Assembly: GCF_006345805.1 (NCBI RefSeq)
Contig: NC_042999.1
Location: 80,600,001 to 80,664,000 of the forward strand
From: Octopus sinensis
Lineage: Eukaryota
Length of the DNA: 64,000 bases
Direction of reading: 5' to 3'
Numbering within the stretch: position 1 is the stretch's first letter; every line of letters starts with the position of its first letter. Positions 13,420 through 26,370 of this stretch are shown here, piece by piece. The notes under the pieces were generated by a model, which saw only the letters and a list, made by a program, of their open reading frames with translations, was not told the DNA's origin and ran no database searches. Both the position numbers and the translations under genes were made by a program.

Positions 13420-14194
13420 TATTATCACCGTTTTCGTTAACATCCAGAACATCTTCTTCCCCATTGACATCATCATCATCACTATAAGCATTAATTCTGA
13501 CAATCAAAGTGTCATGAACGTGAGGAGTGCCTGATTCAATTAGCGAATAAAAGAAACATTGAGTAGACACTCAGTATATTCCAGTTCATTATCTCCTCCA
13601 TAAATACAATTTCGTTGAAACCTGAAATAAAGAATCGAAGGAATCACTAAATAAATTGAATGAAAGAATTTATAACCCCACCCCACCCCCACCATTTCTC
13701 CAAATCTGCAATTTAGAGGCTGATATAAATTATGCATGACACAGATATGGCAGCATTCAGCAAGGAACAACACCGACCTCGCTTTATTATGATGGTTCCT
13801 AACGCCCCCTTACCATATATATATATATCCTCATTACGTTCATCATCATCACCATCATCATACCCTCTCTCTGTCTCCTCAATACCATCATCACAATAAT
13901 CATTATCTCAGTCATCATTAGCTTCTTCCAATGAAATTATTGTCATGGAAATTACCATCTTCCTCTGTTCAGTAACCTTCTGCTACATTTCACCACCATT
14001 ACTATCATCACATCTGTGTTGTTCTGAATACGGATTCATTTTAAAAACAATTACCTGGAGTTTTTTCGCATGATTAAATCAATCATATGAAAAATTAATT
14101 AAAATATTCAAAATAACAAATTCAAATTTGTTGCTCCTTCTTCTAAAAGGAAGCGTAAAAAATAATGATACCTTCAGGTTTCTCAGATATATGG

Positions 14195-14350
14195 TGACTG
14201 TTTTGTGGTGTACTGCTGGACTCAACCACTATAACTTCTTAAAATCCGGAAAACATTACTGGAGCAACATTGCCATGAAATTGTCGAAATGAACGAAAAA
14301 TTGCTACTTCTCCGTCCCGGACTGGTCAACAGGAGAGAGCTAATAATTCT
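14195..14350 (+). mobile_element. Internal fragment of the same mariner family as 12147-13419
   Basis: gtggtgtactgctggactcaaccactataacttcttaaaatccggaaaacattactg...tggtcaacagg aligns with ~12900-13050. Confidence 0.8.
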
Positions 14351-15340
14351 CAAAGAACCAATAATTTTCAGCATTTTATTTCACAATTCTTTTGTCTTTT
14401 GATTTTTATGTTGTCGAAATTTCTATATAAAAAACCTTTTTTGCTACCTGGAATCATCGATACGTTTTAATTTTTGTAATGCATTTATCATATGTTTAAT
14501 GAATTCTAATATTACTTTGAACATACATTCAAGCTTTCTTTATAGAATAAGTGAACCTTCTTCGTTGATTGATCTTTCGCTTGATATTTTGGAGATACTC
14601 CGATCTGCATTTCTGATCAGTTTATCTGTTACTGAGAGTCGTTGTTTCTAATGATTCTTTACATGTAGCTTTAGCTTCTGGTATGCAAATGATAAATTTT
14701 CGGGTGCCGGTTCAAAGGGATAGTAAGGAAATATACACCGGGTAGTTATGTTTACATGTATGTTTTGAGCGGAGGTGTTTGAAGACAAACACACACGCAT
14801 ATACGCACACACACATGTTATCTTCTATGTTGGTTTAAATTATGTCATCCCATTATTTAGCTTGGAAATAAGACGAAATCCAGTTAGGAACGAGCTAAGC
14901 GGTTAAACAACCTTTCATGCAACTACATGCCTTTCATTGTCAATTTCAATGACATCAAGAATGCATAAGTCTCTTTATTGAAGCAACTGGTCACAGCGAA
15001 AAGTCAACGTAACTAAAGAAAGAATATGAACAACTTTTCAGCCTGAGCCTTGAATGCAAAAACTATGTAGATACATGCGAATTAGTAAAAATGTAGAAAA
15101 AAGAAAGCAAGAAAAAGGCAACATATCCAACCAAACTAGAACAAGATTATACTCAGATGGTGATGTAACACATCGCTATAACTGTGCGAACGCGCACAGA
15201 CGAATAATATACCTATATTATAAGTCCAGCCCATAGGTATATACACATATCAAGAAAAATATTGTACTCATATTTTGATATTAAATTCATCACTACGGGA
15301 TTAACACAAGTTACAATTAACCTCTATAATTACACAATTA

Positions 15341-16200
15341 CAGAGGGTGCTAAACGTGACCACCATTAGTTTGAAGACACTTATTAATACAGGAAGCGTT
15401 GACCCAAAGTTCAAGGAGGCTGTTATACATGGCGTTTCAATATATTCACGCTAGTGTAGAGGGTTTTGTGCGATACACGACATTTTTTTAGAGAGTCGAA
15501 TGAGTAAAAGTCTGCTGGTGTCAATTCAGAAGATCGGAGATTTTAATTGCCTCGTGTCCATTAGGCTTATAAATTCTATTTCAGGTAAAACCCCACGTTT
15601 CCTCTGTAGTAATGCAGTGCGACGTCATACTGAAAGAAATGCTTATCATTTCTATAAAGTGTATGTACGGACGGTAAAATGGGCATGCGTACTATGTATA
15701 AGCAGACTTGAACATTAGCATTACATTTCAACACAAATGATTCTATTAAACTTCTTGGTGATATTCCAAGTCAGGCATTGACCAACGGTAAACTAACTGC
15801 TTTGTCCACATGCAAGCAAGAATTTTCTGGTTCCAAATAAACACAACTACGTTGGTTTACTGTTCCACTGAGTTTAAATTGTGCTTCATCAAACCATACA
15901 ATCGACCTCACAAACTTCTTCGTCTACATGTTATAATTGCATGTAATAATTTTGGGATCAAAGATGAAAACGAGCTCTTTTAAGAATGCACCATATGCTT
16001 GTAGTACTTATGTTGTTTTTTTCTCGGGCACACTTCTGTAATGAATGTGCGAAATGTTTCTAGTCCATAGCCGAGGAGCAGCACTCGTTACTGCACGAGG
16101 TCTGCTGGGTTCCTGTGTTTCGAACTTATCACGAATCCATGAAATGGTCAGGTGTATTGAATCTTCTATTCAAGTTTCGCTCATCCATTATCCAATTTAG
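15341..16200 (-). mobile_element. Decayed rosa/maT-like Tc1/mariner-superfamily transposon
   Basis: Minus strand reads SIVWFDEAQFKLSGTVNQRSCVY..FFQYDVALHYY..RSSELTPADF..LKNVVYRTKP..KCLQTNGGHV. Terminus TA|cagagggtg at 15341 is shared with the element at 50292. The other end was not found. Confidence 0.8.
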
Positions 16201-17136
16201 ATTGGCCACATGTTCAGTAAATTAAAGCCGTACCCCTACCATTGTATAACGGTGGCTCTAAATAGCATCAAGAAGTCATAAGAAGGTTTCCAGTTTTTCC
16301 AATCTCAAAATAATGCCCATTAAATATTTCACACGTCAGCAATTGGTTAAGTGCAACCTAACATTTTCAATATTACACATTTCAGCCGTAAAAATTGCGA
16401 TATTTTTAAAACGAAGAATATTTTGAATATCTGTCATTAGAATTAATTAAAAATTTAAGCCAACCACTTTGCAAAATATCAAAAAAAATAGGCAAATGCG
16501 GTTAAAGGTAACCAATGATGTCAAATCAATTTAGTATCAAGAATTTGCTATACTTTTATGTTTCCTTGAAGTGTATCTACACTCTTTATGGCGAACATAG
16601 TATGTATAAATGACCATGCTTGTGTGTATGTGCATATGTATATTGATTAAAAGATTATGACAACTTCGACTTGAATTTGAGACCTTCTACAAATTTGGAC
16701 TACGGGATTAATAAATGCAAACACATTTCACAATTCACGACTGAAGGTATCAAGAAAAAGTTGAGAATATTATTTATTGAAAATATGTCAAGATGCAGCA
16801 AAAATTAAACAGCATAAAATTAAAACTACCAACACAATTTGAAAGTTCCACAATACTAGACGTATTCAAAGTAAATTACGTAATGGAGAACAACCGTCAA
16901 ACTCCCCACCTAAAATGCTAAGGCAACATCCTCCCCATCAATAAAATAAATAAATCAAACGCTAAGAAATATTCCACAAAGAAAGAATTCATTCACAGAG
17001 TCGCTGGAATCTATCTCGAAAAGCATGCAGAGATACTGATTTACACACTCGAAAATATTTATAATCCAGCGAAGAATTACAGTGAGATTGCTCCGCCTAA
17101 GTAATCTTTGATGCCTCTAATTGGAGTTATATGTAC

Positions 17137-17171
<35 letters not shown>

Positions 17172-17253
17172 GGTCCCGGGTTGAGTCGGGGTTAACCACA
17201 GTAAATAAGGTACTCAATACATAGCAGAGTAAATTAATTTATTTTATAGAAGG

Positions 17254-17304
17254 AGCTTCTACAGGACTAGAACTGTTTCATTCAAAAGAAATCATCAGGA
17301 AGCT
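17254..17304 (-). ncRNA. Type I hammerhead ribozyme motif (family A, minus copy)
   Basis: Exact reverse complement of the plus copy at 17301-17351. Confidence 0.75.
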
Positions 17305-17351
17305 TCCTGATGATTTCTTTTGAATGAAACAGTTCTAGTCCTGTAGAAGCT
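17301..17351 (+). ncRNA. Type I hammerhead ribozyme motif (family A, plus copy)
   Basis: Stem I agcttc/gaagct; CTGATGA 17307-17313; stem II t-ttc-tttt-gaa-t; GAAA 17326-17329; stem III Acag-ttctagtc-ctgT; GUA triplet with cleavage after 17345. Confidence 0.75.
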
Positions 17352-17393
17352 CCTTCTATAAAATAATATATATATATATTATATATATATATA

Positions 17394-17541
17394 TAGCGAT
17401 AAGTAAATACAATTAGATAAACTGAGGTAGAAATAAGAGGAATTAAATTCATTATTTTAAATCTCTTTAACAATTCAAAATAATAAATTAAATTCCTCTT
17501 AATTCTACCTCAGTTCATCTAATTGTATTTATTTATCGCTA
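17394..17541. repeat. Foldback / MITE-like hairpin (65-bp imperfect arms, 18-nt spacer, TA at both ends)
   Basis: tagcgataagtaaatacaattagataaactgaggtagaa.. pairs with ..ttctacctcagttcatctaattgtatttatttatcgcta. Confidence 0.8.
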
Positions 17542-17663
17542 GTTTTCATAAAAATAAGTATTTATTTTGTTGATATTCAGTGTGCATTTTCGTATTTTTT
17601 TCTTTCTTTCCCCATATCATGTCTATGTGTAGTTTATATTTTCTTTTTGAAACATATTTCTAT

Positions 17664-17749
<86 letters not shown>

Positions 17750-18384
17750 TTTATATATATATATATATATATACTTATGAACAAGTACCGGACGCCCTCT
17801 CACAAGCACACACACATGCGCACGCACATATGTACGGGATATTTATATCTGCATGCTCAGTCCTGTTATTTATGAATGTGCTCATGAATCAAAGAATTCA
17901 GGCACACATTTCTATACTCGAATATGAATAATTTAAAATCTCAATCAAGTAATTTCCACTTACAATATATTGTTCCACACGTTTCAGCATAATTCACCGG
18001 CATGATGCTTCGTGTATTTGAATACAAAACCATATTGCTCCAAAAGGAACTCAGATACCACATAATTTTGTCAATGCATCTATCGCTGTGTAACAAATAT
18101 GAAAGGAAATTGTTCACGTGTTAAGAAAAAATTAGATTGCAGTTTTGTATATTGGATCTCTAATCCCTCTATTTGAGAAGCTGTTACCATATTTGGAGTA
18201 AATTTATTACTTTGGCCAGAAAATAAGAGAAGAAATCTATTTGCAATGTTGGCAGATTTTTCAGACCTTTTAAAGCAACAATTATATAAGTAATATTAGT
18301 CTTTAGGTCCACGACATGCTTATACAGACGCAGGCGCATACACACATATATAACATACATAAGAACGTATACATGCTTACCTGT

Positions 18385-18386
18385 AC

Positions 18387-18476
<90 letters not shown>

Positions 18477-18556
18477 GTCTATTTGTCTGTCTGTCTATCT
18501 ATCTATCTATCTATCTATCTATTTCTCAGTTTATCTATCCATCCATCCATCCATCC

Positions 18557-18618
<62 letters not shown>

Positions 18619-18627
18619 ATATATATA

Positions 18628-18665
<38 letters not shown>

Positions 18666-18666
18666 A

Positions 18667-18706
<40 letters not shown>

Positions 18707-18810
18707 TTATCCATCTATCTATCTAACTATCTATTTATCTATCTATCTATCTATCTATCTATTTATCTATCTATCTGTCTATCTATCTATCTATCTGTCT
18801 ATCTATCTAT
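18385..18810. repeat. (TA)n followed by long (TATC)n microsatellite
   Basis: Directly visible; source of the YIYI/LSIY pseudo-ORFs. Confidence 0.95.
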
Positions 18811-20229
18811 ATACATATATAGATATAGATATAGATATATGGATGTATATATATATAGATATAGTTATACACGCACATACACGCATACACACACATATAT
18901 ATGTGTATACGTTCACGGACTCTTACTTCTATAATTTCTCAATTTCCATTTGAAATATGGTGAAAATACCTTGAATATATCAGAGACCGATTAGTCGTAT
19001 TTATAACGGCCGATTTGCGTCATAACCAAATGCATAATCAGCGAGAATTGGTTTGCCACTATAGAAGCCGGAAATGTGTACTATGATTATTAGACCGTGA
19101 TCCTATAACAATATTAATGGAATTGCCATTTCCTTAATGCTTGTTCCATGTAATGTCTGCTTATTGGGAGCAAATCATCATATTACAGGTTTCTGGTCTC
19201 TATTTCAATAATGAAACAAGTGCAAATAGCATTAGAATCAGGTTATTGAATTTCTCACTGGTGCTTAAAATGGATGCACGAATAAATGTATATGCATATA
19301 TAATTTTATCTATATCTGAATGTAATTATGTATATATACGAAAATATGCATAAATACACATCCACACACACACACACAGAGTCATTCACACAAAGCCACG
19401 CAGTTTCCCTATCCAAAATCCCACTGTAGATTTAACACTAGCAAGTGTATAGTAGGTGCCTTTACTATAGTTCAGTCTATTTCAAACATCTTGGTCATTT
19501 CTCTGATTCGAAGGTTCCTTTCTCGCACCTTTCTCCAATATGTCATAAAGGTTAATTGGAACTTCACTTTCACCTGACGAATCATTATATATATGCACGG
19601 ATATGGAGACAGTCATGCGAGCACGCATATGTATATATATATATATATATATATGTATACACACACACACATACATATATATTTATACATATATAATATA
19701 TACATACATATGTATATATATATATGTATCTTTATATAGGTACACACACATATATATATTTATATATACACACACATACATGTGTGTGCGTGTGTGTGTG
19801 TGTCCTGCTTATGGCAATAAACTGCGTTCAGTGGCAAGGCTCCAGTTCGAGGGTTCAGGCATTGCGGGGATAGTGGTGTTACCCTAGTTATCATCACTCT
19901 CGTTCTGTTCTGGTCCGGAGTATTAGTACCTCTTAGCGCCCCATCAACCGGTAAGATTTTAAACAGTAGACCTGATTGCATTTGCATATAAACGTGCGGA
20001 TTGATCGACATGTTGCCATAACTTATGCAACCTTTCCCATATGCATTTAAAAATCAGCTTTCCTATTCTCATTGCATATCTGATAAATATGTTACCAAGA
20101 TACAATATATAAATGGGTTGCAGCAGATTAAATGCAATTTGATGGACGAAAATTCAAGTCCTCCGTTATCAGCTAGATTGTACTAAATTGCTGCAACGAA
20201 GACACTTTGGACCAAAATGAAGGGCAAGT

Positions 20230-20640
20230 AGTGTGACCTGAATATTGTATTGAGCAATAATCCCTCGTATCACGTGCATGTTACCAAGATATTGGCAATA
20301 TGCGAATGACCAGATGGATTAAGAGCAAAGAACCAGGAAATTATGGAGCTTCTATGAGAAAAATCTGTCCGCAACCGTCTGAACTACTGCTCTCAGCTGT
20401 GGTGGCGAAATTAAATAATTAATATTGAATTAATAATGAACATTGGGGCAGTACAGCGGTGCTACAGCAGGAAGATTGCACCAATGGGACTGCTGAACTA
20501 CAGGGAGAAACTGAAAGTCCTAAGACTCTACTCCTTGGACCGAAGACGGGAAGACTGTGATACACGTATGGAAGGATCTATACCAGCCCCTAAACTGGAC
20601 GTCCCTGCAGCGTTCCAAAGGTCTTAGCAATCACGTCTAG
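20230..20640 (+). mobile_element. CR1/L2-like LINE RT C-terminal fragment, decayed
   Basis: Translates to IVLSNNPSYHVHVTKI..RLNYCSQLW..AVQRCYSRKIAPMGLLNYREKLKVLRLYSLDRRRE, the LxYCSxxW / QRxxTKxI / LxLYSLERRR pattern of these clades. Confidence 0.7.
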
Positions 20641-22257
20641 CGTGAGGACCCTGTACTGCAATAGCCTGGGATTCGCGGGCCGTCGGGATATTTAATACCG
20701 TGCCAAAATATCTGTGAGACCTATATAAAGTAGTGGTGGATAATTTCAAGAAAAGATTTGGACTTCTTCTCTCCAAAGACCCATAGGAATCTTAATCACG
20801 GCAAGAAACTTAAAAGAGGACAGGAATATCGAACTTTCTCCTTCACCAAAAGCCACTATTGAAAAAGTGATGGCATTGGCGGTGCCCCAGCATCGCAGCA
20901 GCCCTTGGACTGAAAAATAAAAGAATATTATTATTCTTAGTCTAATATTTCTGGTACTTCTGAACGTATTCTTTTTAAGTGCAAACATCCTGTTAAATTT
21001 ATTGTCCAGGTGTTTTTATCACTACCCAACATCTTGACATCTGTATGAAATATAATGCATACATAAAATTTAATTACTTTCCTTTTCGTACAATCGAATA
21101 ATAATCTTCACTTCTCAGAACATATTTTTGTGGCAAAGACTCCGAATATGCAAAGCATATATACTAAGCAGTCATCCTAATATATCTTTCCCATAATAAA
21201 ATTTAGTAAAATTCTGCCCAACAAGGAAACCACTACAAGGTTGAACAAACTGCTAAAGGCAGCAGTCAAATCTCTCATATTTGACCCTAATATTTTAAAG
21301 AACTGAAGGACAAATGATGAGTTAGTCTTGCATATATTTTGTTTGATAAAACAAAACAGCTTGATGGCCACGGAAAGAGTACATTTCGTTCCAAGTCTTC
21401 GTGATCAGTCCTAAGCAAGAACAAAAAAAAAAGAGATATAAAAAGTGCTCATAATAATTCCTTGCAATATTGTAAGTTAATTCATTGTTTTCTCCTTTAA
21501 TTTATATATTGAAATTCACTTAGTTTTAAACAATTTTTAATCAAACATTTTAGATTAATTGAAAATGAAAATAATTAATTTATGCAATAAACAACGTACT
21601 AAAAATACCTTATATAAAAAAGTATCGATTTATATTTTCAAAAACTTTGCCCTTTATAATAGTGTCAGCCAATTGCTAAATTTTAATCTGTATTGTTATT
21701 AACAGACATTATATATAAATAACATGCAATGCAGTAACATCACGAAGGACTAAATATTCATTGAAGCTTAATTCATTGTTGTTTTATCTTCATATTTAAA
21801 AAAAAAAAAAATAAAAAAAAGGAAGAGCTATCAAAAGATTTGTATCGTACAAATTTGAAAGAAAAATTAATTCACGACTGACAAGTCTACTGAGTGGCAG
21901 AACATGCGTGCAATAATTAATAACCTAGAATAACAAGTGGTAGTACATATACTATCATAATATTCAATAAAACACATAAATTACAATACCGATTTTATTA
22001 ATTTTAAAATTAAGAGCGGAAAATCCTCAGATGATTTGAACGACACATTATAACACGCCTGGTATTTATTTCATTAAATCCAAACAGATGCAGAATAAAA
22101 TTAAAACTGGCCGATCTTCGATCCACATTTAAATAGATGAAACAAAGGCACTGGTGTTTTGTGAAATATATTGCCCTTTCTGTAAATGCGCTGCTTTATT
22201 TAAGATGCGAATAAATATTTTTTTCAAATTTTGTCACTCGGTCAGAACTTCCGGATA

Positions 22258-22808
22258 AAGGGCTAAGTCGATTACATCCACCTAACTGCAAAACTGGTAT
22301 TATTTTATCGACCTTGAAAGGGATGAAAAGCAAAATCGACCTCGGCGGAATTTGATTCCAGAACATAAAAACGGATGGAATGCTGCTGTGCTAACGATTT
22401 TGCCCGCTCATTGCCTTAATATCGGTTTCAAATTTTGGCATACGCCAGAAATTTTCAGGATAAGGATAGGTCGATGACATCGACTCCATTGCTTCGCTGG
22501 GAATTATTTTATCGACCCCGATAGGACGAAAGTCGGAGTCGACCACTGCAGAATTTGAACGAAATGGACGAAATGCCGCAAAGCATTTCGCGCAGTGTGC
22601 TAACGATTCTACCAGTTCACTCCTTAATATAACAATGTATTGTACAAGGTGGAGAATTGGTAGAAACGTCTTCAGGTTCTGAGTTCAAATTTCGCTGAGT
22701 CCAACTTTGTTTTCATCCTTTTGGGGTCGATAAACTAAGTACCAGTTCTGGAGGCGATGCAATTGACTATTGCCTCAAATTGCTGGCCTTGTGCCAAAAA
22801 TTGAAATC
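22258..22808. mobile_element. Three Nin-domain SINE copies (two minus: ~22258-22420, ~22425-22625; one plus: ~22648-22808)
   Basis: Repeated ttttatcgacc..gaaagg..gtcgacc..gaatttga, and on the plus strand gttcaaattt..ttcatccttttggggtcgataaactaagtaccag. Confidence 0.75.
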
Positions 22809-22863
22809 AGTATTACAGTTAATAATAATTGGGAGAATGCGTTGAACAGGCAGATTTGTTAGA

Positions 22864-24378
22864 AGCCAACTGGAAATGATATTTCCTGAGGGTAAATTAG
22901 AGTAGCATTCTTCCCTTTCCTGGGACTGCCACATTAAGCTGGCAACAGCACATCACTTTATCGTGCTGCACTGTATAAGTCTCTCTGAGAGATTTACAAA
23001 TGCGATATTTCTAATTTTGTAGATCAGTGAATTTATTTCATTTGAAATTCCCATAAGTTTTGAAAGGCGAATAAGTATAAACAGACACCAAGCCACGCCC
23101 TTTTTTATTTTTTTTAATTTTTGTGCGATGCCGCCATTGTTAGGTGGTAGTGAAACAATTGAAACAATGAAAATTTACGCAGAGGCTACTGGAGGTCGAG
23201 CTCCCCTGGACCAACATGAGCTGGGATAAGTAACCTTCTATACTTAGCTTTTTCCCATTAAAATCCATCTCGTCTCTTTGTAACCCTCCAAGAGGTCCAA
23301 TCTAACATTTTAGTTATTTTCCTTTCTATTTTTTGCGTCGACCAATATGTTATCAAATATATTCTGTTCCTGTTTACCTCTTGCGTCTGTATGCCTGTTC
23401 TTTTTGTTTTTGTGACTCTGTATTCTCCTGTGTCTGTTCTTGTATATTTATTTGTAGCTGTGTATCTGTGTGTTTATTTGTCTGCAGGTCTGCATGTTTA
23501 TGGTTTTTGTGACTGTAAGTCTACATGTTGTGTCTGTGTGTCTGTACTTTCAGGTTCTGTGCTTTTTAGTTTTTGCAACTCTGTGTTATCTTTTACGATT
23601 TCGTGTGTATATATGTCTATGAGTTTATGCATCTGTGCATCTGTCTGTTTGTGTGATAACACAGAACTGCAGAAACTAAAAAGCACAGACAGCTGATAGA
23701 ATCGTTAGCACATTCAACTGCTGAATGAGCAGGTTTTCAAAAGTGTTTTTTGTAAATACTGTGAAAAACATTTGGTTGGACTTTTTGGTTAAAAAAAGGA
23801 AAAGAAAATAAGTAAATCCAGTATGAGCATGTGTTTAAAAAGTTTGTAATTGTAAGGTAAAAGCGAAAAGGGAAGTCGCAGCTTCGTCTCGGAGCGAGAC
23901 TAGAAATTTTTATGCAAAATGTAAAGGTTTAAACGAAAAGGAATCCATGGTTTCATCTCTCAGCGGGAGTGAGATGGCCGTCTCATTTGCATTGTAATTT
24001 TATTCATTTCACATTCATCCTTTCATGTTTTTTTTGTTCCCGCATTTCTTTGTATGTCCTCTGTAATTAGGCATTAGACCTGTAATAAAGAATTAAGCTA
24101 GCAAGCCAAGCTACACCAGACTGGTGAAGGCAATAACTCTGAAACTATTCTCTACGTGCTGCCTCAGGTGGGTGAAGGTGCTTATGCCCCCTGTTTGAAA
24201 GCTTAAGGACACAGAACGCTTGTGTTACATAGCCAACTGGAAACGATGTTTCCTGGGGCTAAATAGCAGCAGCATTCTTCCCTTTCCTGTGACTGCCACA
24301 TTAAATTGGCAACAAACCATCACTTTATTGTGCTGCTACTCTAGAAGACTCTCTGAGAGATTTAGAAATGCAATATTT
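22864..24378. repeat. ~147-bp diverged direct repeats (22864-23010 and 24231-24378) flanking an unclassified 1.2-kb segment
   Basis: agccaactggaaa..gcattcttccctttcctg.gactgccacattaa..catcacttta..ctctctgagagattta.aaatgc occurs twice, 1367 bp apart. Confidence 0.8.
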
Positions 24379-24391
24379 TAAATATATATAT

Positions 24392-24423
<32 letters not shown>

Positions 24424-24425
<2 letters not shown>

Positions 24426-25642
24426 GGGCTGGCAACTAAGTTCCCGTCGAGTTCTTTAAATTTTGGAATTTATTGTGTTTTCAAATTTTGGAATCTATTT
24501 TTTTTCGAGAATTCTATTTTTAAATCATTTGGGGGTATATATATATTTGTTTTCTTGTTAATTTTTGTTTATTTTCAGATCATTAAAAAGGAATGTCAGG
24601 TTAAGAAAACGAGTATTTTCGACACCTTCTTTTTGCTTTTAATCAAGGTTCTAAGGCCGCAAAAGCCGCTCGCGACATTAGTGTTGAGTATAGGGAGGGA
24701 GCCATAGCTCGTGATTAGTATGCCAAGTTCAGAAATAGAAATTTTCACCTCAAAGATCACCTCGCCCAGCTGAGTTCGATGAAGAGTGATTAAACTAACT
24801 TTTGCATGAAAATTCTCGTCAAACAACAAGGGAACTGGCATAGAAAATGGAATGCTCCCACACTGCTATAAAGAATCATCTTCACTCGATTGGAAAGATT
24901 CAGAAGTATGGAACATGGGTTCCGCATGCTTTAAGTGACAACAGCAAAAATCAACAAGCCACAATCTTCGTTGGTTTGCTTGCTCGTCACTGCTCAACTC
25001 ATGGACACAAGCAACGATTTCTTCACCAAATCGTTACTGTTGACGATAAATGCTGCCTGTACATCATTATGAAGCAGCGTAAGGAATGATTTAACCTAGG
25101 TAATGAAGTGACATCGCGCGTGAAACAAGATCTTCATCCGCGTAAAACAATGTTGTGAGTATGGTGGCACTGGGAAGGGGTTATCGATTACAAATTGCTT
25201 GAACGGAACCAAGCAGTCAACGCGGAACTCTATGTTCAACAGATGGAACGATTCAACACGGCTATTCAAGAGAAAAGACCTAATCGGCAGCATGGAGTTC
25301 TTCTGCTGCACGACAACGTCCGCCCTCATATCGCCAGTATGACCAAGGAAGCCTTTCAAACTCATGGCTGGGAAGTGCTGCCATACCCGCTGTACTCTCT
25401 TGATGTAGCACCAATGGATTTCCACCTCTTTCGATCTCTTTCAAATGCTATGCGTGGAGTGAACATCATTCAATACTGATGCAGAATTGAGAGCTTGGCT
25501 GTATCATTTTTTTGAAGTCAAAACTAGATGATTGGAAATCTTGTTGAACGTTGGGAAGAAGTTGTAAACAAGATGGGTGAATAGATTATTGATTAATAAT
25601 TTAAATTTAAATGGAGTAGCAGGAACTTAGTTCCCAACACAA
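24424..25642 (+). mobile_element. Full-length decayed mariner (second family, ~1.22 kb) inserted in (TA)n
   Basis: TIRs tagggctggcaactaagttccc / aggaacttagttcccaacacaa. Transposase motifs GTWVPHALS, IVTVDDK, LLLHDNVRPH and PYPLYSLDVAPMDFHLFRSL (D..D34D spacing type). Confidence 0.92.
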
Positions 25643-25964
25643 TATATATATATATATATGTATATATAAATATATATATATATATATGTGTGTGTGTATG
25701 TGTGTGTGTGTGTGTGCCTGATTGTGTCTGTGTGAGCGCTTATGTGTTTGTTTGCTCATTAGAATTCCCCTACGAAACCGGAAAATTTGCTGTGGAGACA
25801 ATACACATAGTAGATAACAATGGTAAAACAGAATATATAAAACGAGAATCATAGATAATTGCATAGTTTACAAGCATGGATAGGTAGTAATTTACAAAGA
25901 GAATGCGTTAGTATACTTGTGATTATGCTTTAGCTAAATATTCAACTGTATATTTCAAAATTCT

Positions 25965-26370
25965 TCAGTGGCTGCGTGTTAGGAAGCCACATGACTCGGG
26001 GCTTGGTCCCACTGTATGGTACCTTGGACAAGAGTTTTTTACTATAGCCCTGGGCCGACCAAAGCTTTGTGAAGGTATTTCGCAAGCGGAAACTGAAAGA
26101 AGCCAATCATGTATATGTATATTTGAATATATGTGTGTGTTTGCTTGGCTGTATGCGTATGTGTTAGTCCCTATATCAACACGTGGCAACCGCTGATGGT
26201 GTTTTTACAGTCTCGTAACTTAGTGGTTCGACAGCAGAAACGGATAGCTTAAGTACCAGGCTTGAAAAATAAGCAATAGAGTCGACTCATTCGACTAAAA
26301 TTTCAAGTCAGCGTACCAGCATGGCCACAATCTAATGATTGAAACAAGTAAAAGATAAAAAATAAAAGAT
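25965..26370 (+). mobile_element. Near full-length SINE family B
   Basis: gtggctgcgtgttaggaagccacatgactcggggcttggtcccactg..gggccgaccaaagc..aaacaagtaaaagataaa. Confidence 0.8.

Larger units (their letters stand above)
17168..17366. mobile_element. Hammerhead-bearing (PLE pLTR-like) element in palindromic arrangement, inserted between (TA)n tracts
   Basis: Starts tgtaggtcccggg right after (TA)n and contains the perfect palindrome 17239-17366. The right arm ends at the next (TA)n. Confidence 0.6.

Noticed and set aside
20746-20912. Candidate minus-strand exon after a strong tttcag acceptor
   Set aside because: No recognisable protein, no matching donor, no linked exons.
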